In this document: positions 48,901 to 59,934 of the stretch, in pieces
Position numbering within the stretch: position 1 is the first letter of the stretch
Layout: the number at the start of each line of letters is the position of its first letter
Source of the DNA: Candidatus Latescibacterota bacterium
GTDB taxonomy: Bacteria; Latescibacterota; UBA2968; UBA8231
Direction of reading: 5' to 3'
Assembly (NCBI GenBank): GCA_965248355.1
Contig: OZ252098.1
Span: 384,001 to 448,000 of the forward strand
DNA: 64,000 nt
Notes under the pieces: model-generated
Told to the model about the DNA's origin: nothing
The model's input: only the letters and a program-made list of their open reading frames with translations
Databases searched by the model: none
Program-made: the position numbers and the translations under genes

Positions 48901-49123
48901 CCTCACCCTGGAGAACCGGTCCCGGGAGAACGCCACGGGCGAGCAGGAACTGGTGCTCTTCGACTCCAGCGGGCGCTGGGAGGCCCGCCTCGACGGCAGC
49001 TACAACTTCAGCGACAGCTTCCGGGGCAGCGGCGTGATCCGCCTCGAGAACCGCACCCCCCAAAATGGCCGCACGCGCAAGGTTCGCGAGGTGCGGTTCG
49101 GGGGGACCCTGTTCTTCAAGTAG
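42938..49123 (+). CDS. sprA: SprA-like large outer-membrane protein (about 2060 aa)
   Basis: KLDYQGDEDDIFQEVQAGNTTLSLP, GLFGI, WDLEWKNVY, AFIDDFEGS, DLGDLSED, PDTEDLNGDG; beta-rich C-terminus ending FFK. Confidence 0.8.
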   Translation: MPASDATIPNLVPGGPPRIGLSLGGALLGLLALAPLPAWSGLGLEPPPYGPVQGIFRDPAPYGDFRRGAPMLRLRPPAEPLVESSTGFTSKQVTVDSSGAHWQPRTAGFDHGVPITLSLGRYLELGNRHLYRTKWRQRVRDDMRRETRMGEGRRGRLEWRVPIPAPPVVRRFIGDEGSLRINGSHTASIGGKSSWTADDVQTLAGGSSKFPALSMDQESDFSVEGKVGEAINIRINQDTKGLASSFGQNLQDQLNQIKLDYQGDEDDIFQEVQAGNTTLSLPNTRFVGFNQQHKGLFGIRAKGSLGPLRFTTIASHEKSESNRQSFRGGAQVDTTEIRDYEYVRNQFFYLDAVYKEGLQDYAEVSTSDFQPEDPVDERTLQVYVNDFNVNNDAVQLARPGRAQTDLADAGNDSTGHREVGTWHRLDPDDDYILDGVLGSITLRSPVQERHALAVTYRTLGGREVGTAGADRDSVQLKLIKARDARPGFPTWDLEWKNVYRIVRGFARGRQFDRQRIRVEILREVPGREPETTQGGRSFLRLMGLDTHGQDAGTPPDQIVDADYDGLREDLGVLIFPDQRPFDPQLSRYDLETKVPEIYDTEQHRDHVEASRYIIQVINSSSEQRINLTQGRLTTIDVESVQVRLDGRQLKPNVDYSVTYTGEVQFLGAAADQVADPAADLEITFESQDLIGLGRQQKTLLGTRGEYEFLGGDGVVGGTLIYNNQSGDRRVRVGSEPARTVLWDMDVRATFGAPLLTRAVDALPLLKTAEASKVTVQAEIAQSRPNLNTRGKAFIDDFEGSERSTVLPVFYSRWTPASVPTEGELDSANRGPTLWYNPYDRVQRTSIWPGQRDQIEARNEQTDVLTLKVTPPQDAGLTTWGGVMTVFTGVRDFSQSKFVGIWLRGQSGSVHLDLGDLSEDWIANGRIDTEDVPLRGRSIGDGTLSTEEDIGVDGRTDEEELDHYLTRETEVTAEELEGLSLTEKRNRFGDLIRALDRDPSDPEGDNWDYDPTRDRYNYTRYNGTQGNQRVREQPDTEDLNGDGNLNQRNDYYHYEIDLAGDPHEPGTCSEPEIGGECRGWRLFRLRLFDESVRRVGSPDSSRIEYARFLFLTENQPGSADSVVIARVEIAVNEWLGEGVSRHDPDAFEVSEEELFEVDVIGTDENLSYKPPPGVKGQRSTTSRVREPEQSLVLDYARLGAGHEASATRVLTRNSDYTKYHRLRMFAHGDSTAAYVVTPDSSDLELFLRFGRDDLNYYEYVTPLFPGWDERNEVEIDLRLMARLKAELEGRVDTTTGLELTELDTVVADPAVRDGAAAVYRVSGTPSMQQVRQLRLGLRNRSDRGSFTGSAYVDELRLDKARNDPGAAAYARINTQLADFMDVDAAVDWRAENYRTITNTGRKSADLRTTLSTTTHLNKVLPGSWGFSVPVKFTLSRSLSLPRFAPNSDVELTPAEKDSMRSEQLKRFVEVSVSKRAGKHWAARWTIDQMNLRWSSSVDDRLSPVTPLDSREGQTASFRYKMPLPKPKWKYLDWLPEYMPKSLRTSELMPLPATASYSVNVNRQESTTWRTTQLDTTFNEVFTLKESYATKVNPLRSLTSDYSLQVNRDLRKKYEPRSLAFGREVGRNQKADVRLQLRWVRWLDPTVNFQANYQEDSDPRRSRQTAFTDTVDGQLRVVKTLDITSRNTFSTRVNVRLPDLLKAVGAQGRKGRPRGGPARRGSAENQEEKEKEKEKEPGQPFFLRRFLHFSAGYVEPFSYTWRRKTDARNYNLIERPPLPYQLGFGDSLQVEQRSAGLTRRDTWSRSANTDLSSGLRLPLGFSLKPTYKEQVSWRSGSTQNRLRVERSLTYPGITVAWSRADRVPVLRRYLNSAQVNLRMQSTRSQQAEGSLRPANLIEESTKQEWTASWTGQWRIGPTTRLEMRRTRDESVNYELVDLSSGEVSLEQRPPLRGKGLNERSSASLETRYKLRPRKLPLIGRLKSNLDLKLSLTLENRSRENATGEQELVLFDSSGRWEARLDGSYNFSDSFRGSGVIRLENRTPQNGRTRKVREVRFGGTLFFK

Positions 49124-49146
49124 CCGCCGCCGGGAGGGGGACTATC

Positions 49147-49524
49147 TTGATACACCTGAATCGCCAGGAGCAGGCGGCCGTGTTGTTCCTCAGCGGCGCC
49201 CTGCTGGTCGGGTCGGCGGTGGCCGTCGTCGATCACTACCGCCCCGACCGGCTCGAGAACTTCCACGTCGTCCGGGAGGCCGTCGAGGTGCCGCCTCCGG
49301 CGCCCGAGGCGATCGTCCACCTCCCTCCGAGAATCGTCTCCATCAACCACGCCACGCCAGCCGAGTTGGAGAGCCTGCCCCACATCGGGCCGAAGACGGC
49401 GGCGGCCATCATCGGCCACCGCGAGGCGAAGGGCCCCTTCGCCTCCGTGGACGACCTGACCGCCGTCAAGGGGATCGGACCGCGCACCGTGGAGCGGCTG
49501 CGCCCCCTGGTCACGGCGGACTGA
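49147..49524 (+). CDS. comEA: ComEA-like helix-hairpin-helix DNA-binding protein
   Basis: TM anchor, then INHAT..ELESLPHIGPKTA..II..R...GPF.SVDDL..VKGIGP. Confidence 0.85.
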   Translation: MIHLNRQEQAAVLFLSGALLVGSAVAVVDHYRPDRLENFHVVREAVEVPPPAPEAIVHLPPRIVSINHATPAELESLPHIGPKTAAAIIGHREAKGPFASVDDLTAVKGIGPRTVERLRPLVTAD

Positions 49525-49533
49525 GCGGATCTC

Positions 49534-50442
49534 GTGCCAGGCTGGCGCGCTACGACCCACACCGGGATCCACATCGGCGCCCATGCCGTGTACGCCGTCG
49601 GGCTCACCCGCCGGCGGGGCCGGCTGTCGCTCACCCACTGTGCGGCCGTCGATCTCGAGCGCGCGCCGCGTCTCCCGGAGCAGCTGGCCGACGAGGGCGG
49701 CCGACGCCCGCTCGCCGGCGCCCTGCGCGAGCTGAGGTCCGGTGGCCTGCCGCGGGGACGCCCCTATCTCGCCCTGACGGGACCGGCCGTCCTTGTCAAG
49801 CGCCGCCCGGCCCTGCCGGGGGCCGTGGCCGGGAGCCGCGACCACCTGCGCTGGGAGGCGGGCCAGCTGCTGGGCGACGACCTGAAGGACTACGTGGTCG
49901 ACTTCCTCGTGACCCGCCGCCACGGGTTCGTGGTCGCCGCCCGCCGGCAGCTTCTGGACCGGTGGCGGGCCCTCTGCGAGGAGTCCGGCGTCGGCGCTCC
50001 CGGGTTCGACATGGCCTCGCTGGCCCTGTGCAAGGCCCTGGAGGCCAGCGGCGCGGCCTCGGGCCAAGGCGACGAGCTGATCGTCCACGGCGAAGCCTGC
50101 GGAGCCCGCGCGGTGCTGCTGCGAGAAGGGGAGTACGAGGCCGAGAGGGTATGGTCCGGCGGCGGGCAAGGCGGCGACGGCCTGGCCGGCTGCCTGGCGA
50201 GGATGTGCGAGGAAGAGCTCGGGCCAGGGAAGGGGCCCGAGGCCCTGTGGCTCAGCGGACCCGAGGCGCCCGGCCACGCCAGGGTGCTGGCCGGTCTCGC
50301 CGGGAAAGTGGCCGTCCTCGATCCCTTCGGCGGTCTGAAGCCGTCGCCCGGGGCCTCCCTGGCATTGTCGCCCGGCGGACGCCCGTCGTGCGCCTTCGCC
50401 GTGGCCGCCGGACTCGCGTACCGCTCCGCCTCCGAGGACTAG
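49534..50442 (+). CDS. PilM-like actin-fold pilus assembly protein, divergent
   Basis: GIHIG..AVYAV, LRWEA, DY..DF, VVAARR, LWLSG, VLDPF, FAVAAGLA.R. Confidence 0.55.
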   Translation: MPGWRATTHTGIHIGAHAVYAVGLTRRRGRLSLTHCAAVDLERAPRLPEQLADEGGRRPLAGALRELRSGGLPRGRPYLALTGPAVLVKRRPALPGAVAGSRDHLRWEAGQLLGDDLKDYVVDFLVTRRHGFVVAARRQLLDRWRALCEESGVGAPGFDMASLALCKALEASGAASGQGDELIVHGEACGARAVLLREGEYEAERVWSGGGQGGDGLAGCLARMCEEELGPGKGPEALWLSGPEAPGHARVLAGLAGKVAVLDPFGGLKPSPGASLALSPGGRPSCAFAVAAGLAYRSASED

Positions 50443-50481
50443 AACCCTGATCTCCACTGCGGAATCCGCCGAGGAGGAACC

Positions 50482-50964
50482 ATGAGCCGCGCCGTCTATC
50501 CGGGCAGCTTCGACCCGATCACCCGGGGTCACCTGAACATCATCGAGCGCGCGCTGGACATGTACGACGGCCTCGTCGTGCTGCTGGCCGTGAACCCCGA
50601 CAAGAGGTCGACCTTCACCGACGAGGAGAACCTGACCATGATCCGCGAGGCCACCGCCCACTGGCCCCAGGTCGAGGTGGACGCCACCGACGGCCTGCTC
50701 GTCCACTACGCGCGCGCCCACGGCATCCGCCAGGCCGTGCGCGGACTGCGGGCGGTGACCGACTTCGAGGCCGAGTTCTCCATGGCCCTGATGAACCGCA
50801 GTCTGTGGGAGGTGTTCGATACCGTCTACCTGATGACGAGCGCCGAGTACATGTACCTGCGGTCGTCCACGGTGAAGCAGGTGGCCGAGCACGGCGGCGA
50901 CGTGAGCCGCTTCGTGCCGCCGGGCGTGGTGAGGCGCCTCAAGGAGAGGTTCGGCCACCGCTAG
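50482..50964 (+). CDS. coaD: Phosphopantetheine adenylyltransferase
   Basis: YPGSFDPITRGH, VRGLRAVTDFE.E. Confidence 0.96.
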   Translation: MSRAVYPGSFDPITRGHLNIIERALDMYDGLVVLLAVNPDKRSTFTDEENLTMIREATAHWPQVEVDATDGLLVHYARAHGIRQAVRGLRAVTDFEAEFSMALMNRSLWEVFDTVYLMTSAEYMYLRSSTVKQVAEHGGDVSRFVPPGVVRRLKERFGHR

Positions 50965-53087
<2,123 letters not shown>

Positions 53088-53126
53088 CCGGGTCCACTGT
53101 CGGCGAAAGACGCTCGGAACCCTCGC

Positions 53127-53366
53127 TCAGGGAATCCTGCGCGAAGGCCCGCCCTTGCCGGGCCCCTCGGCGTCGTCGGCGTCGATCTGCAGGAGCCCGG
53201 GCTCCCCGTGGTTCTCCCCTTCGTCTCCGGGACCGCAACTGGGGCAGGCGCCGCAGGCGCCGGCAACCCGGGAGAAGAAGGGGCGCAGCCAGCCAAACAG
53301 GAGGAATACCGCGCAGGCGCCGGCGAGGAGGATGGTCAGGGGGGTCTGCCAGTCCACGGGAGTCAC
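53127..53366 (-). CDS. FeoB-associated Cys-rich small membrane protein
   Basis: One TM helix then ACGACPSC; GTGA overlap with the feoB stop. Confidence 0.7.
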   Translation of the reverse strand: MTPVDWQTPLTILLAGACAVFLLFGWLRPFFSRVAGACGACPSCGPGDEGENHGEPGLLQIDADDAEGPGKGGPSRRIP

Positions 53367-55525
53367 CAGCCCAGCCACACGCCCAGGCGGTAGGTTCCGA
53401 GGGCCCCCACGTAGGCCAGGACGGTCATGTAGACGAAGGCGAAGACCGGCCACCCCCAGCTGGCGGTCTCGCGCTGGATGACGGCGAGGGTGGACATGCA
53501 CTGGGCGCAGAGGGCGAAGAACACCATGACCGACAGGGCCACGGGCACGTCGATGGCGGGGCTGCCGTCGGGCCGCGTGGCGTTGCGCAGACCGCTGCGC
53601 AGGTCGGGGGAGGTCTCGTCCACGTCGGCGCCGAGGCTGTAGATCGTTCCCAGGGCGGAGATGACGACCTCCCGGGCCGGGAAGGAGGCGAGGGCGGCCA
53701 TGCCGATGCGCCAGTCCCAGCCCAGGGGCTCGAAGACGGGCTCGATGGTCTGGCCGGCGCGGCCGAGATAGCTGGACCGCAGGTAGTCGGAGGCTTCGGC
53801 CCGGTCGATACCGTCGAGCCGCGCCTCCCGGTTCTCTCCCTGGAGCGCGGCGGCGGCCGTCCGCTCGACCTCGTAGCGGGCGGCGACCTCCGAGGACCGC
53901 GGATAGTAGGCCAGGGCCCACATGACGATGGTGGCGGCGAGGATGACGCTGCCGGCGCGCACGACGAAGGCGCGGCTGGCCTGGTAGACGCGCAGCAGCA
54001 CGGTGCGCGGCGTGGGCCAGTTGTAGGCCGGCAGCTCCAGCAGAAAGGGACTCGACTCGCCGCGCAGGAGGGTTCTTCGCAGGGTCCAGGCGACGGGCAC
54101 GGCCACGACGGCGCCGAGGCAGTACATGGCCAGCAGGGTCAGCCCCTGAAGCCCGAGCCAGCCGCCGAGGAGGGCGCGCTCCGGGATGAAGGCGGCGATG
54201 AACAGGGCGTACACCGGCAGGCGGGCCGAGCAGCTCATGAGCGGCGCCACGAGGACGGTGACGAAGCGGTCGCGCCGGTCGGCGATGGTGCGGGCCGCCA
54301 TCACCCCCGGCACGGCGCAGGCGAAGCTGGAGAGCAGGGGGATGAAAGAGCGGCCGGACAGGCCGAGCCTGCCGAGGAGGCGGTCCATGAGCAGGGCGGC
54401 GCGGGCCATGTAGCCGCAGTCCTCCAGGATCCCGATCAGCAGGAAGAGCAGGGCGATCTGGGGCAGGAAGACCAGCACGCCGCCGACGCCGGCCACGACC
54501 CCGTCGACGAGCAGGCTCCGCAGCGGTCCCCCGGGCAGGGCGGAGGCGAGGGCGGCGCCCAGGGCCGCGATGCCGCTCTCGACGACCTCCATGACCGGCG
54601 CCGACCAGGCGTAGATGCCCTGGAACAGGACCGCGCTGACCCCGAGGAAGAAGGCCAGTCCGAAGGCGCGGTGGGTGAGGACGCGGTCGATGCGGTCGGA
54701 GTGGCTCCGGCCCAGGGGGTCCGCCTCCTGGACGCAGCCGTCGAGGACCCGCCCGATCCAGGCGTAACGGGCCTCGGACTCGATGGCGGACAGAGGCGCG
54801 GAGACGCCGGCGCCGTTGCGCAGGTCGAAGAGCAGGCGCCGGAACCCGTCGCTCCGGGCCTCGATCAGCCGCTGCTCGGAGGGGCCGCCCTCGTCGACGA
54901 GGGCGCGCAGCGCCTGCTGCCGCGTCGAGGCCCCGCCGCCTTCCCCGGAGGCGGCCAGCAGGCGCTCCACGGGGCCGGCGAGCTCCGGGGGCAGGGGCGG
55001 CGGCCTCCGCGGCGGCCGGTCTTCTCTCAGGGTCTCGGCCAGCCGGCGGAGCAGCTCATCGATGCCCCGCCCCCGTTGGGCGACCATGGGCACCACCGGC
55101 GTCTCCAGGATTCTCTCGAGGCCGGCGGCGTCGATCCGCACCCCCCGGGCCTCGGCGATGTCGCACATGTTCAGAGCGACGACGACGGGGACCTCCCCCT
55201 CAAGGAGCTGGGAGACCAGGTAGAGGTTGCGCCGCAGGTTGCCGGCGTCGACGATGGCGATCACGGCGTCGACCTCGTCGCGGCGTCCTTCGAGGAGGAC
55301 CTCGGCGGCGATCCTCTCGTCGGGAGCGTCGGCGGACAGGCTGTAGACGCCGGGAAGGTCGATCAACTCCGCCTCGGAGCCGTCGGGCAGGCGCAGGGAG
55401 CCGCTCTTGCGCTCGACGGTCACCCCCGGGTAGTTGCCCACCCGCTGGGAGAGGCCGGTGAGGGAGTTGAAGAGGGTGGACTTGCCCGTGTTCGGGTTGC
55501 CGACCAGGCCGATCGAAGCCGTCAC
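53363..55525 (-). CDS. feoB: Ferrous iron transporter FeoB (full length)
   Basis: GNPNTGKS, GNYPGVTVE, DLPG, NMCD, EDCGYMAR, FACAVP, SCSARLP, ELP.Y, AREVV. Confidence 0.95.
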   Translation of the reverse strand: MTASIGLVGNPNTGKSTLFNSLTGLSQRVGNYPGVTVERKSGSLRLPDGSEAELIDLPGVYSLSADAPDERIAAEVLLEGRRDEVDAVIAIVDAGNLRRNLYLVSQLLEGEVPVVVALNMCDIAEARGVRIDAAGLERILETPVVPMVAQRGRGIDELLRRLAETLREDRPPRRPPPLPPELAGPVERLLAASGEGGGASTRQQALRALVDEGGPSEQRLIEARSDGFRRLLFDLRNGAGVSAPLSAIESEARYAWIGRVLDGCVQEADPLGRSHSDRIDRVLTHRAFGLAFFLGVSAVLFQGIYAWSAPVMEVVESGIAALGAALASALPGGPLRSLLVDGVVAGVGGVLVFLPQIALLFLLIGILEDCGYMARAALLMDRLLGRLGLSGRSFIPLLSSFACAVPGVMAARTIADRRDRFVTVLVAPLMSCSARLPVYALFIAAFIPERALLGGWLGLQGLTLLAMYCLGAVVAVPVAWTLRRTLLRGESSPFLLELPAYNWPTPRTVLLRVYQASRAFVVRAGSVILAATIVMWALAYYPRSSEVAARYEVERTAAAALQGENREARLDGIDRAEASDYLRSSYLGRAGQTIEPVFEPLGWDWRIGMAALASFPAREVVISALGTIYSLGADVDETSPDLRSGLRNATRPDGSPAIDVPVALSVMVFFALCAQCMSTLAVIQRETASWGWPVFAFVYMTVLAYVGALGTYRLGVWLGW

Positions 55526-55809
55526 GCCGTCGCGGATCCGGCGGCGCACACGAGGATGGCCGCGGCGTCGGCGCGTCTCAGGGCGAGACGGTCTTCGCCG
55601 ATCTGGACCACCAGGCGGCTGCCGGTGCGCAGGACCCGGAGCCGGACGCCCGGAAGGATCCCCAGCTCGCGCAGGCGGACGGAAAGGCGGTCTGTCCCGG
55701 GCAGGTCGACGACGACGGCTTCGGCGTCGCGCCGCCACTCGGAGAGCCGGCCTTTGTCGGGGAGGGCTTCCTCCGCGCTGGTCTGGAACCACCCGAGAAA
55801 GGCTTTCAT
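55522..55809 (-). CDS. feoA: FeoA
   Basis: RLRELGILPG..LRV...LALRR; directly upstream of feoB. Confidence 0.88.
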   Translation of the reverse strand: MKAFLGWFQTSAEEALPDKGRLSEWRRDAEAVVVDLPGTDRLSVRLRELGILPGVRLRVLRTGSRLVVQIGEDRLALRRADAAAILVCAAGSATA

Positions 55810-55843
55810 GACGCCTCCTGCCGTTTGGACTGCCGAAGCAGTG

Positions 55844-55857
55844 TATGGCATGCCTAA
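55844..55857. promoter_or_regulatory. Putative DtxR/MntR operator upstream of feoAB
   Basis: TATGGCATGCCTAA matches TTAGGCATGCCTAA at 12/14. It lies downstream of a minus-strand TTGCAT-16-TATATT (55904-55877). Confidence 0.55.
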
Positions 55858-56245
55858 CAGATGATCGGTTCGCCCAAATATAGCCAGGTCAGGCCACAAT
55901 GCAACCGTCAAATTCTCACGTAACTGACAGAAATATCCTGCGCTTATTGAATCTCAGACCCGGGCCCTCCCCGAACGAGGTTCAGGTTGGGCACCGTTTG
56001 TTGGTCATGTAAAACAGATGATTGCCGCACAGATCAACGCGGGTGCGAGGGGCCGGAGAATCACCACCCCCCGGCGCGGGCCCTGTCCGGGGGGCCTTTG
56101 CCCCGTTGCGGGCGGCACCTACATTGCGCCAACTCTCCGGGCGACGCGGCCTCGATGGCGCCCGGCCCGGTGTCACCTGGCCGTGCACCCGCCCGGGGGC
56201 CGCGACGGGCGGCGGGGGCCACGGCCCGCTCCACGGAGGCCTTTC

Positions 56246-57136
56246 TTGAGACGAACCATCCTGCTTCTTGGCCTGCTGGCGGCGGTGGCGCCGGCCCGGG
56301 CCCAGGACTTCTACGGGCACTGGGCCGATGGCCGCGCCGAGCTGTCCGGGTACCGCGTCGTGCAGCCGCGCTACGGCGAGCCCCGCGAGGGCCACGCCGT
56401 CCTCATCTTCGTCACCGAGGACGTGCACGCGAAAACCCTCATCAAGGTGGAGAGTCCGGACACCCCGAAGGCGGACCGCATCTACGTTCTCAAGCTCAAC
56501 CAGATGCTGAGATTCACCACCGGCATCTACGACTACTCGGTGATGACCTCCGTCTTCAGCGCCGTGGAGCCGCGGGCGGGAAGCCAGCCCTTCGCGCCCC
56601 TGCGCATCACCCTCACCGCCCAGGAGTGGTGCGGCCACGTCTTCGAGGAGGTGCAGGTGCGGGACGGCGCCGTCCTTGGGGAGCTGTTCAGCTACTTCGA
56701 GCGCGTGGGGCGCCAGTCCTGGCGCCTCGACAATCCGACGGGATTCGTCAGCGAGGACAACCTGCTGATCCGGATCCGAGAACTGCGGGGACCGCTGATG
56801 GAGGAGGGGGAGAGCCGCAGCGTGATGCTGCTGCCGGGCCTGTGGGAGCTGCGCCTCCGTCACCGGCCCCGGGAGCTGGTCGAGGCGGTGCTGAGCAAGG
56901 GACGGCCCGAGCAGGTGGACGTGCAGGGCCGGATCTTCGAGGCCGTGCCCTGGACCTGGAGCTACGGCCCACGGGAGCGGACGGTGTGGGTCGACACGGA
57001 GTACCCCCACCGGATCCTGCGGTGGAGGGACGCCTCCGGCGCCAGCGGCGAGCTGCTGGCCTCGGTGCGGCGGCCCTACTGGAGTCTGCAGTCCCTGGAG
57101 GACGAGGGCTTCCGCGCCGAGCTGGGGATCCCCTAG
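56246..57136 (+). CDS. Secreted hypothetical protein
   Basis: TTG start and signal peptide (RRTILLLGLLAAVAPARA-Q); W.DG.AEL..Y...Q.RYGE, FVTED, KLN...F.TGIY.YS.M.S.F, QEWCG. Confidence 0.7.
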   Translation: MRRTILLLGLLAAVAPARAQDFYGHWADGRAELSGYRVVQPRYGEPREGHAVLIFVTEDVHAKTLIKVESPDTPKADRIYVLKLNQMLRFTTGIYDYSVMTSVFSAVEPRAGSQPFAPLRITLTAQEWCGHVFEEVQVRDGAVLGELFSYFERVGRQSWRLDNPTGFVSEDNLLIRIRELRGPLMEEGESRSVMLLPGLWELRLRHRPRELVEAVLSKGRPEQVDVQGRIFEAVPWTWSYGPRERTVWVDTEYPHRILRWRDASGASGELLASVRRPYWSLQSLEDEGFRAELGIP

Positions 57137-57349
57137 GGCCCGAAATCCTGAGGCCCTGGGCGTGGCGGCCAGGCTGCCGCGGCTGAGCGCCCGTGGAGGG
57201 GTTCTACTCGACGGGCCTGCGGAGCCGGCCCGCGAGCCTTCCGACCCTGTCGCTGCCGCGGTTGTGCGCCACTGGCAGAGGAGCTTTACTCGGCGGCCCC
57301 TGCGGGGCTCCCCCGCGAGCCAATCACCCTGTCACAGGACCGGCCGGCC

Positions 57350-58546
57350 ATGAGCGATCTCCGGGCCCAGTTGCTGGACACCGGCTTCTGCATCATCCGC
57401 AACGCCGTCCCGCCGACGGAGCTGGAGCGCCAGCGCGGCGTCTTCGAGGGCCTCCTCGACCGCCAGCGGGAGATCTGGCGCCGCGAGCGGGGCCCGGAGG
57501 ATCCGCCGGGCGGCGTCTGGGAGACGGCGGCCCAGCCGCGGCTGAGCGGCTACGACGGTCTCGTGGAAGACTTCGAGTCGGCGGCGGCGGTGGAGCTGCT
57601 CCTCGGCCGTCCCCTGGAGGCGAGCCGCGAGATCATGGGCGCCGAGGCGGCGCCGACCCAGTTCATGCTGATGTGCAACCCGGTGCGGGACCACGGGCCG
57701 GCGGCCTGGCACCGGGACATCCACCCCATCGATCAGGCGCCGGTCACGGGCCTGCAGCGGGACCTGCTGGCCAACGGACCCGGCTACCTGCAGTGGAACC
57801 TGCCCCTCTACGACGACGGGGTCCTGTGGGTCGTGCCCGGCAGCCACCGGCGGCCGAACACCGGGGCCGAGAACGAGGCTCTCGCCGAGGATCCGCGGCG
57901 GCCGCTGCCGGGCGGCCTCCGGGTGGAGCTGGCCGCCGGCGACGGGGTCGTCTACACGAACCTGATCCTGCACTGGGGCAGCGACTACAGCGCCCGGCTG
58001 CGGCGCACCGTCCACTTCGGGCACCGCAGCCTCGGGGGGGACCTGCTGCCCTACGTGGCCGGCCTGCACCGCCGCGGCGACCCTTCCCCCTACCTCGGGC
58101 CCACCGCCCGCGAGGCCTGGCGCCGCCACCGCGAGCTCTACGAGGCCGAGTGCGATCTCATGGAGGCCGCCTTCCGGGCCGCCATCGCCGCCGATGGACC
58201 GGCCTTTCTCGGGGCCGTGGCGCGGCTGCACCCCGGGGAGTCGATGCGCGAGGTCTGCGTGATCCTGCTCTCGAAGGTGGCCCGCAAGCTGGCCCGCGGC
58301 AGCCACCCTGAGCGCCCGGGCTACGGCGGCGACTTCACCCAGGAGCGGGAGCTGGGCCCGCGCTTCACGGACGAGGACCTTGAAACCCTGTGGCGGCGGT
58401 TCGAGCCCCTCGACGCCATGCTCAAGGCGCCGGGAGGCCAGGAGTACGTGCCCGGGTACCAGTCCGGCCCCATGAGCTACCGCTTCGAGAGCTTGCCCGG
58501 GGAACTGACCCTGGAGGGCTTCGTCGAGGGCTGGGAGAGCGCCTGA
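57350..58546 (+). CDS. Phytanoyl-CoA dioxygenase (PhyH)-family Fe(II)/2OG oxygenase
   Basis: GFCIIRNA, WHRD, LWVVPGSH, L.AGDGV.Y...ILH.G...R. Confidence 0.85.
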   Translation: MSDLRAQLLDTGFCIIRNAVPPTELERQRGVFEGLLDRQREIWRRERGPEDPPGGVWETAAQPRLSGYDGLVEDFESAAAVELLLGRPLEASREIMGAEAAPTQFMLMCNPVRDHGPAAWHRDIHPIDQAPVTGLQRDLLANGPGYLQWNLPLYDDGVLWVVPGSHRRPNTGAENEALAEDPRRPLPGGLRVELAAGDGVVYTNLILHWGSDYSARLRRTVHFGHRSLGGDLLPYVAGLHRRGDPSPYLGPTAREAWRRHRELYEAECDLMEAAFRAAIAADGPAFLGAVARLHPGESMREVCVILLSKVARKLARGSHPERPGYGGDFTQERELGPRFTDEDLETLWRRFEPLDAMLKAPGGQEYVPGYQSGPMSYRFESLPGELTLEGFVEGWESA

Positions 58547-58549
58547 GCC

Positions 58550-59380
58550 TCAGGCGCTCATCACGCCGCGCAGATAGGCGACGGCCTTGGGCACCGCCGT
58601 GGCCTCCGCCTCCACGTCCTGGCCCTCGTAGACGATGGAGCACCAGCCGTTGAAGTCGACGCCGCGCAGGATCTCGAAGATGCGGGGATAGTTGAGCCAC
58701 TCTTCGGTCCCCGACTGGATCCGGTAGATCTTGCAGCGCACGTGCACGGCCAGGGGCGCCGTCTCGGCGATGGAGCCGTAGAAGTCGAGGGACGGATCCT
58801 CCTTGCCCCGCTGGCCGGAGGCGCCCGGCGAGCCCACGTACTGCCCCGTGTCGAGGATGTGCGAGAAGTACGGGTCGTCGACCTCCTCGATGATGCGGCG
58901 CACGTCCCGGCCGGTGCGGGTGACGCACCCGTGGTTGTGGTTGTGCAGGCCCACGACGACGCCCTTCTCCCGGCCGTGGGCGGCCACCTCCTTCAGGCAC
59001 GGGATCATGCGCGCCCACACGGCCTCCTCGGTCTCGCCCTCGGGGATCCAGGCGGCGAAGACGCGCACCAGGGGGATGCCCATGAAGGCGGCCACGTCGA
59101 TCCAGTGTTTGGCGCCGCTCACCTGCCCATCGAGCTGCTCCCCGGCGGGCACGCCGAAGTTGGAGCTGACGCCGATGTAGGAGAGGGCGAGGCCCCGCTT
59201 GAGGGCCTGCATGCGGATATCGCGGAGGTACTCGGAGCTCTCGGAGGCGAAGGCGCGGGTGTGGAGGTCGACGCCATCGAGGCGCAACTCGTGGGCGCGG
59301 TCGATGAATCCCTCCAGGTCGAGGCGTCCGGCGGTGAACTCGTCCTTGTAGCTCAGGGACATGCAGCCAAGCTTCATCAT
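58550..59380 (-). CDS. Sugar phosphate isomerase/epimerase (xylose isomerase-like TIM barrel)
   Basis: LDGVDL, VRVF, GLHNHNH, LDTGQ, FNGWCSIVYEG. Confidence 0.8.
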   Translation of the reverse strand: MMKLGCMSLSYKDEFTAGRLDLEGFIDRAHELRLDGVDLHTRAFASESSEYLRDIRMQALKRGLALSYIGVSSNFGVPAGEQLDGQVSGAKHWIDVAAFMGIPLVRVFAAWIPEGETEEAVWARMIPCLKEVAAHGREKGVVVGLHNHNHGCVTRTGRDVRRIIEEVDDPYFSHILDTGQYVGSPGASGQRGKEDPSLDFYGSIAETAPLAVHVRCKIYRIQSGTEEWLNYPRIFEILRGVDFNGWCSIVYEGQDVEAEATAVPKAVAYLRGVMSA

Positions 59381-59514
59381 TCCGGTGAGGTCTCCTGTCT
59401 GGGGTACGGGAGCCGCGCAATGTAGTCACGGCGTCCGGCTCCGGCGAGGCGGGAGCGCCTTGCGTACCTTCGACCGCCGTGGCCCATCCGACACCGACGA
59501 GACGAGGGGAGAGC

Positions 59515-59934
59515 ATGGCGAAGATCAACGAGTTCAAGGGATACGACGGCCCGCAGACGGGACCGCCGCGGCCGGAGCGGTCGCCGGACCCGATGATCGT
59601 GAACGTCGCCGACGGCGTGCCCGTGGTCTACCCCGGGTGCCACGGCGTGGGCGTGCGCGTCGTCCACCCGGCCAACGACAAGGCCCCGGCCCGCAACCTG
59701 GGGCTCGTCCTGTTCTACGTGCCGCCCCACGTCGTGCTCGAGCCGGGATCGCACCCGACGGAGGAGACCTACGTGGTCCTCGAGGGCGAGGGGCTGATGA
59801 CCTTTGCCGGCTCGCAGCGGCCGGTGAGCAAGGGCGACTTCATCTACCTGCCTCCCTGGTGCGAGCACGGGGTCGAGAACACGGGGCGCGAGACTCTGGT
59901 GATCCTCATCTGCACCTCGCCGCCCAATCCCTGA
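59515..59934 (+). CDS. Cupin domain protein
   Basis: SHPTEETYVVLEGEG...GDFIYLPP..EH...NTG. Confidence 0.85.
   Translation: MAKINEFKGYDGPQTGPPRPERSPDPMIVNVADGVPVVYPGCHGVGVRVVHPANDKAPARNLGLVLFYVPPHVVLEPGSHPTEETYVVLEGEGLMTFAGSQRPVSKGDFIYLPPWCEHGVENTGRETLVILICTSPPNP

Noticed and set aside
57137-57349. Intergenic stretch with a short ORF beginning ARLPRL, faintly transposase-like
   Set aside because: No catalytic motifs or terminal repeats; too weak to call.
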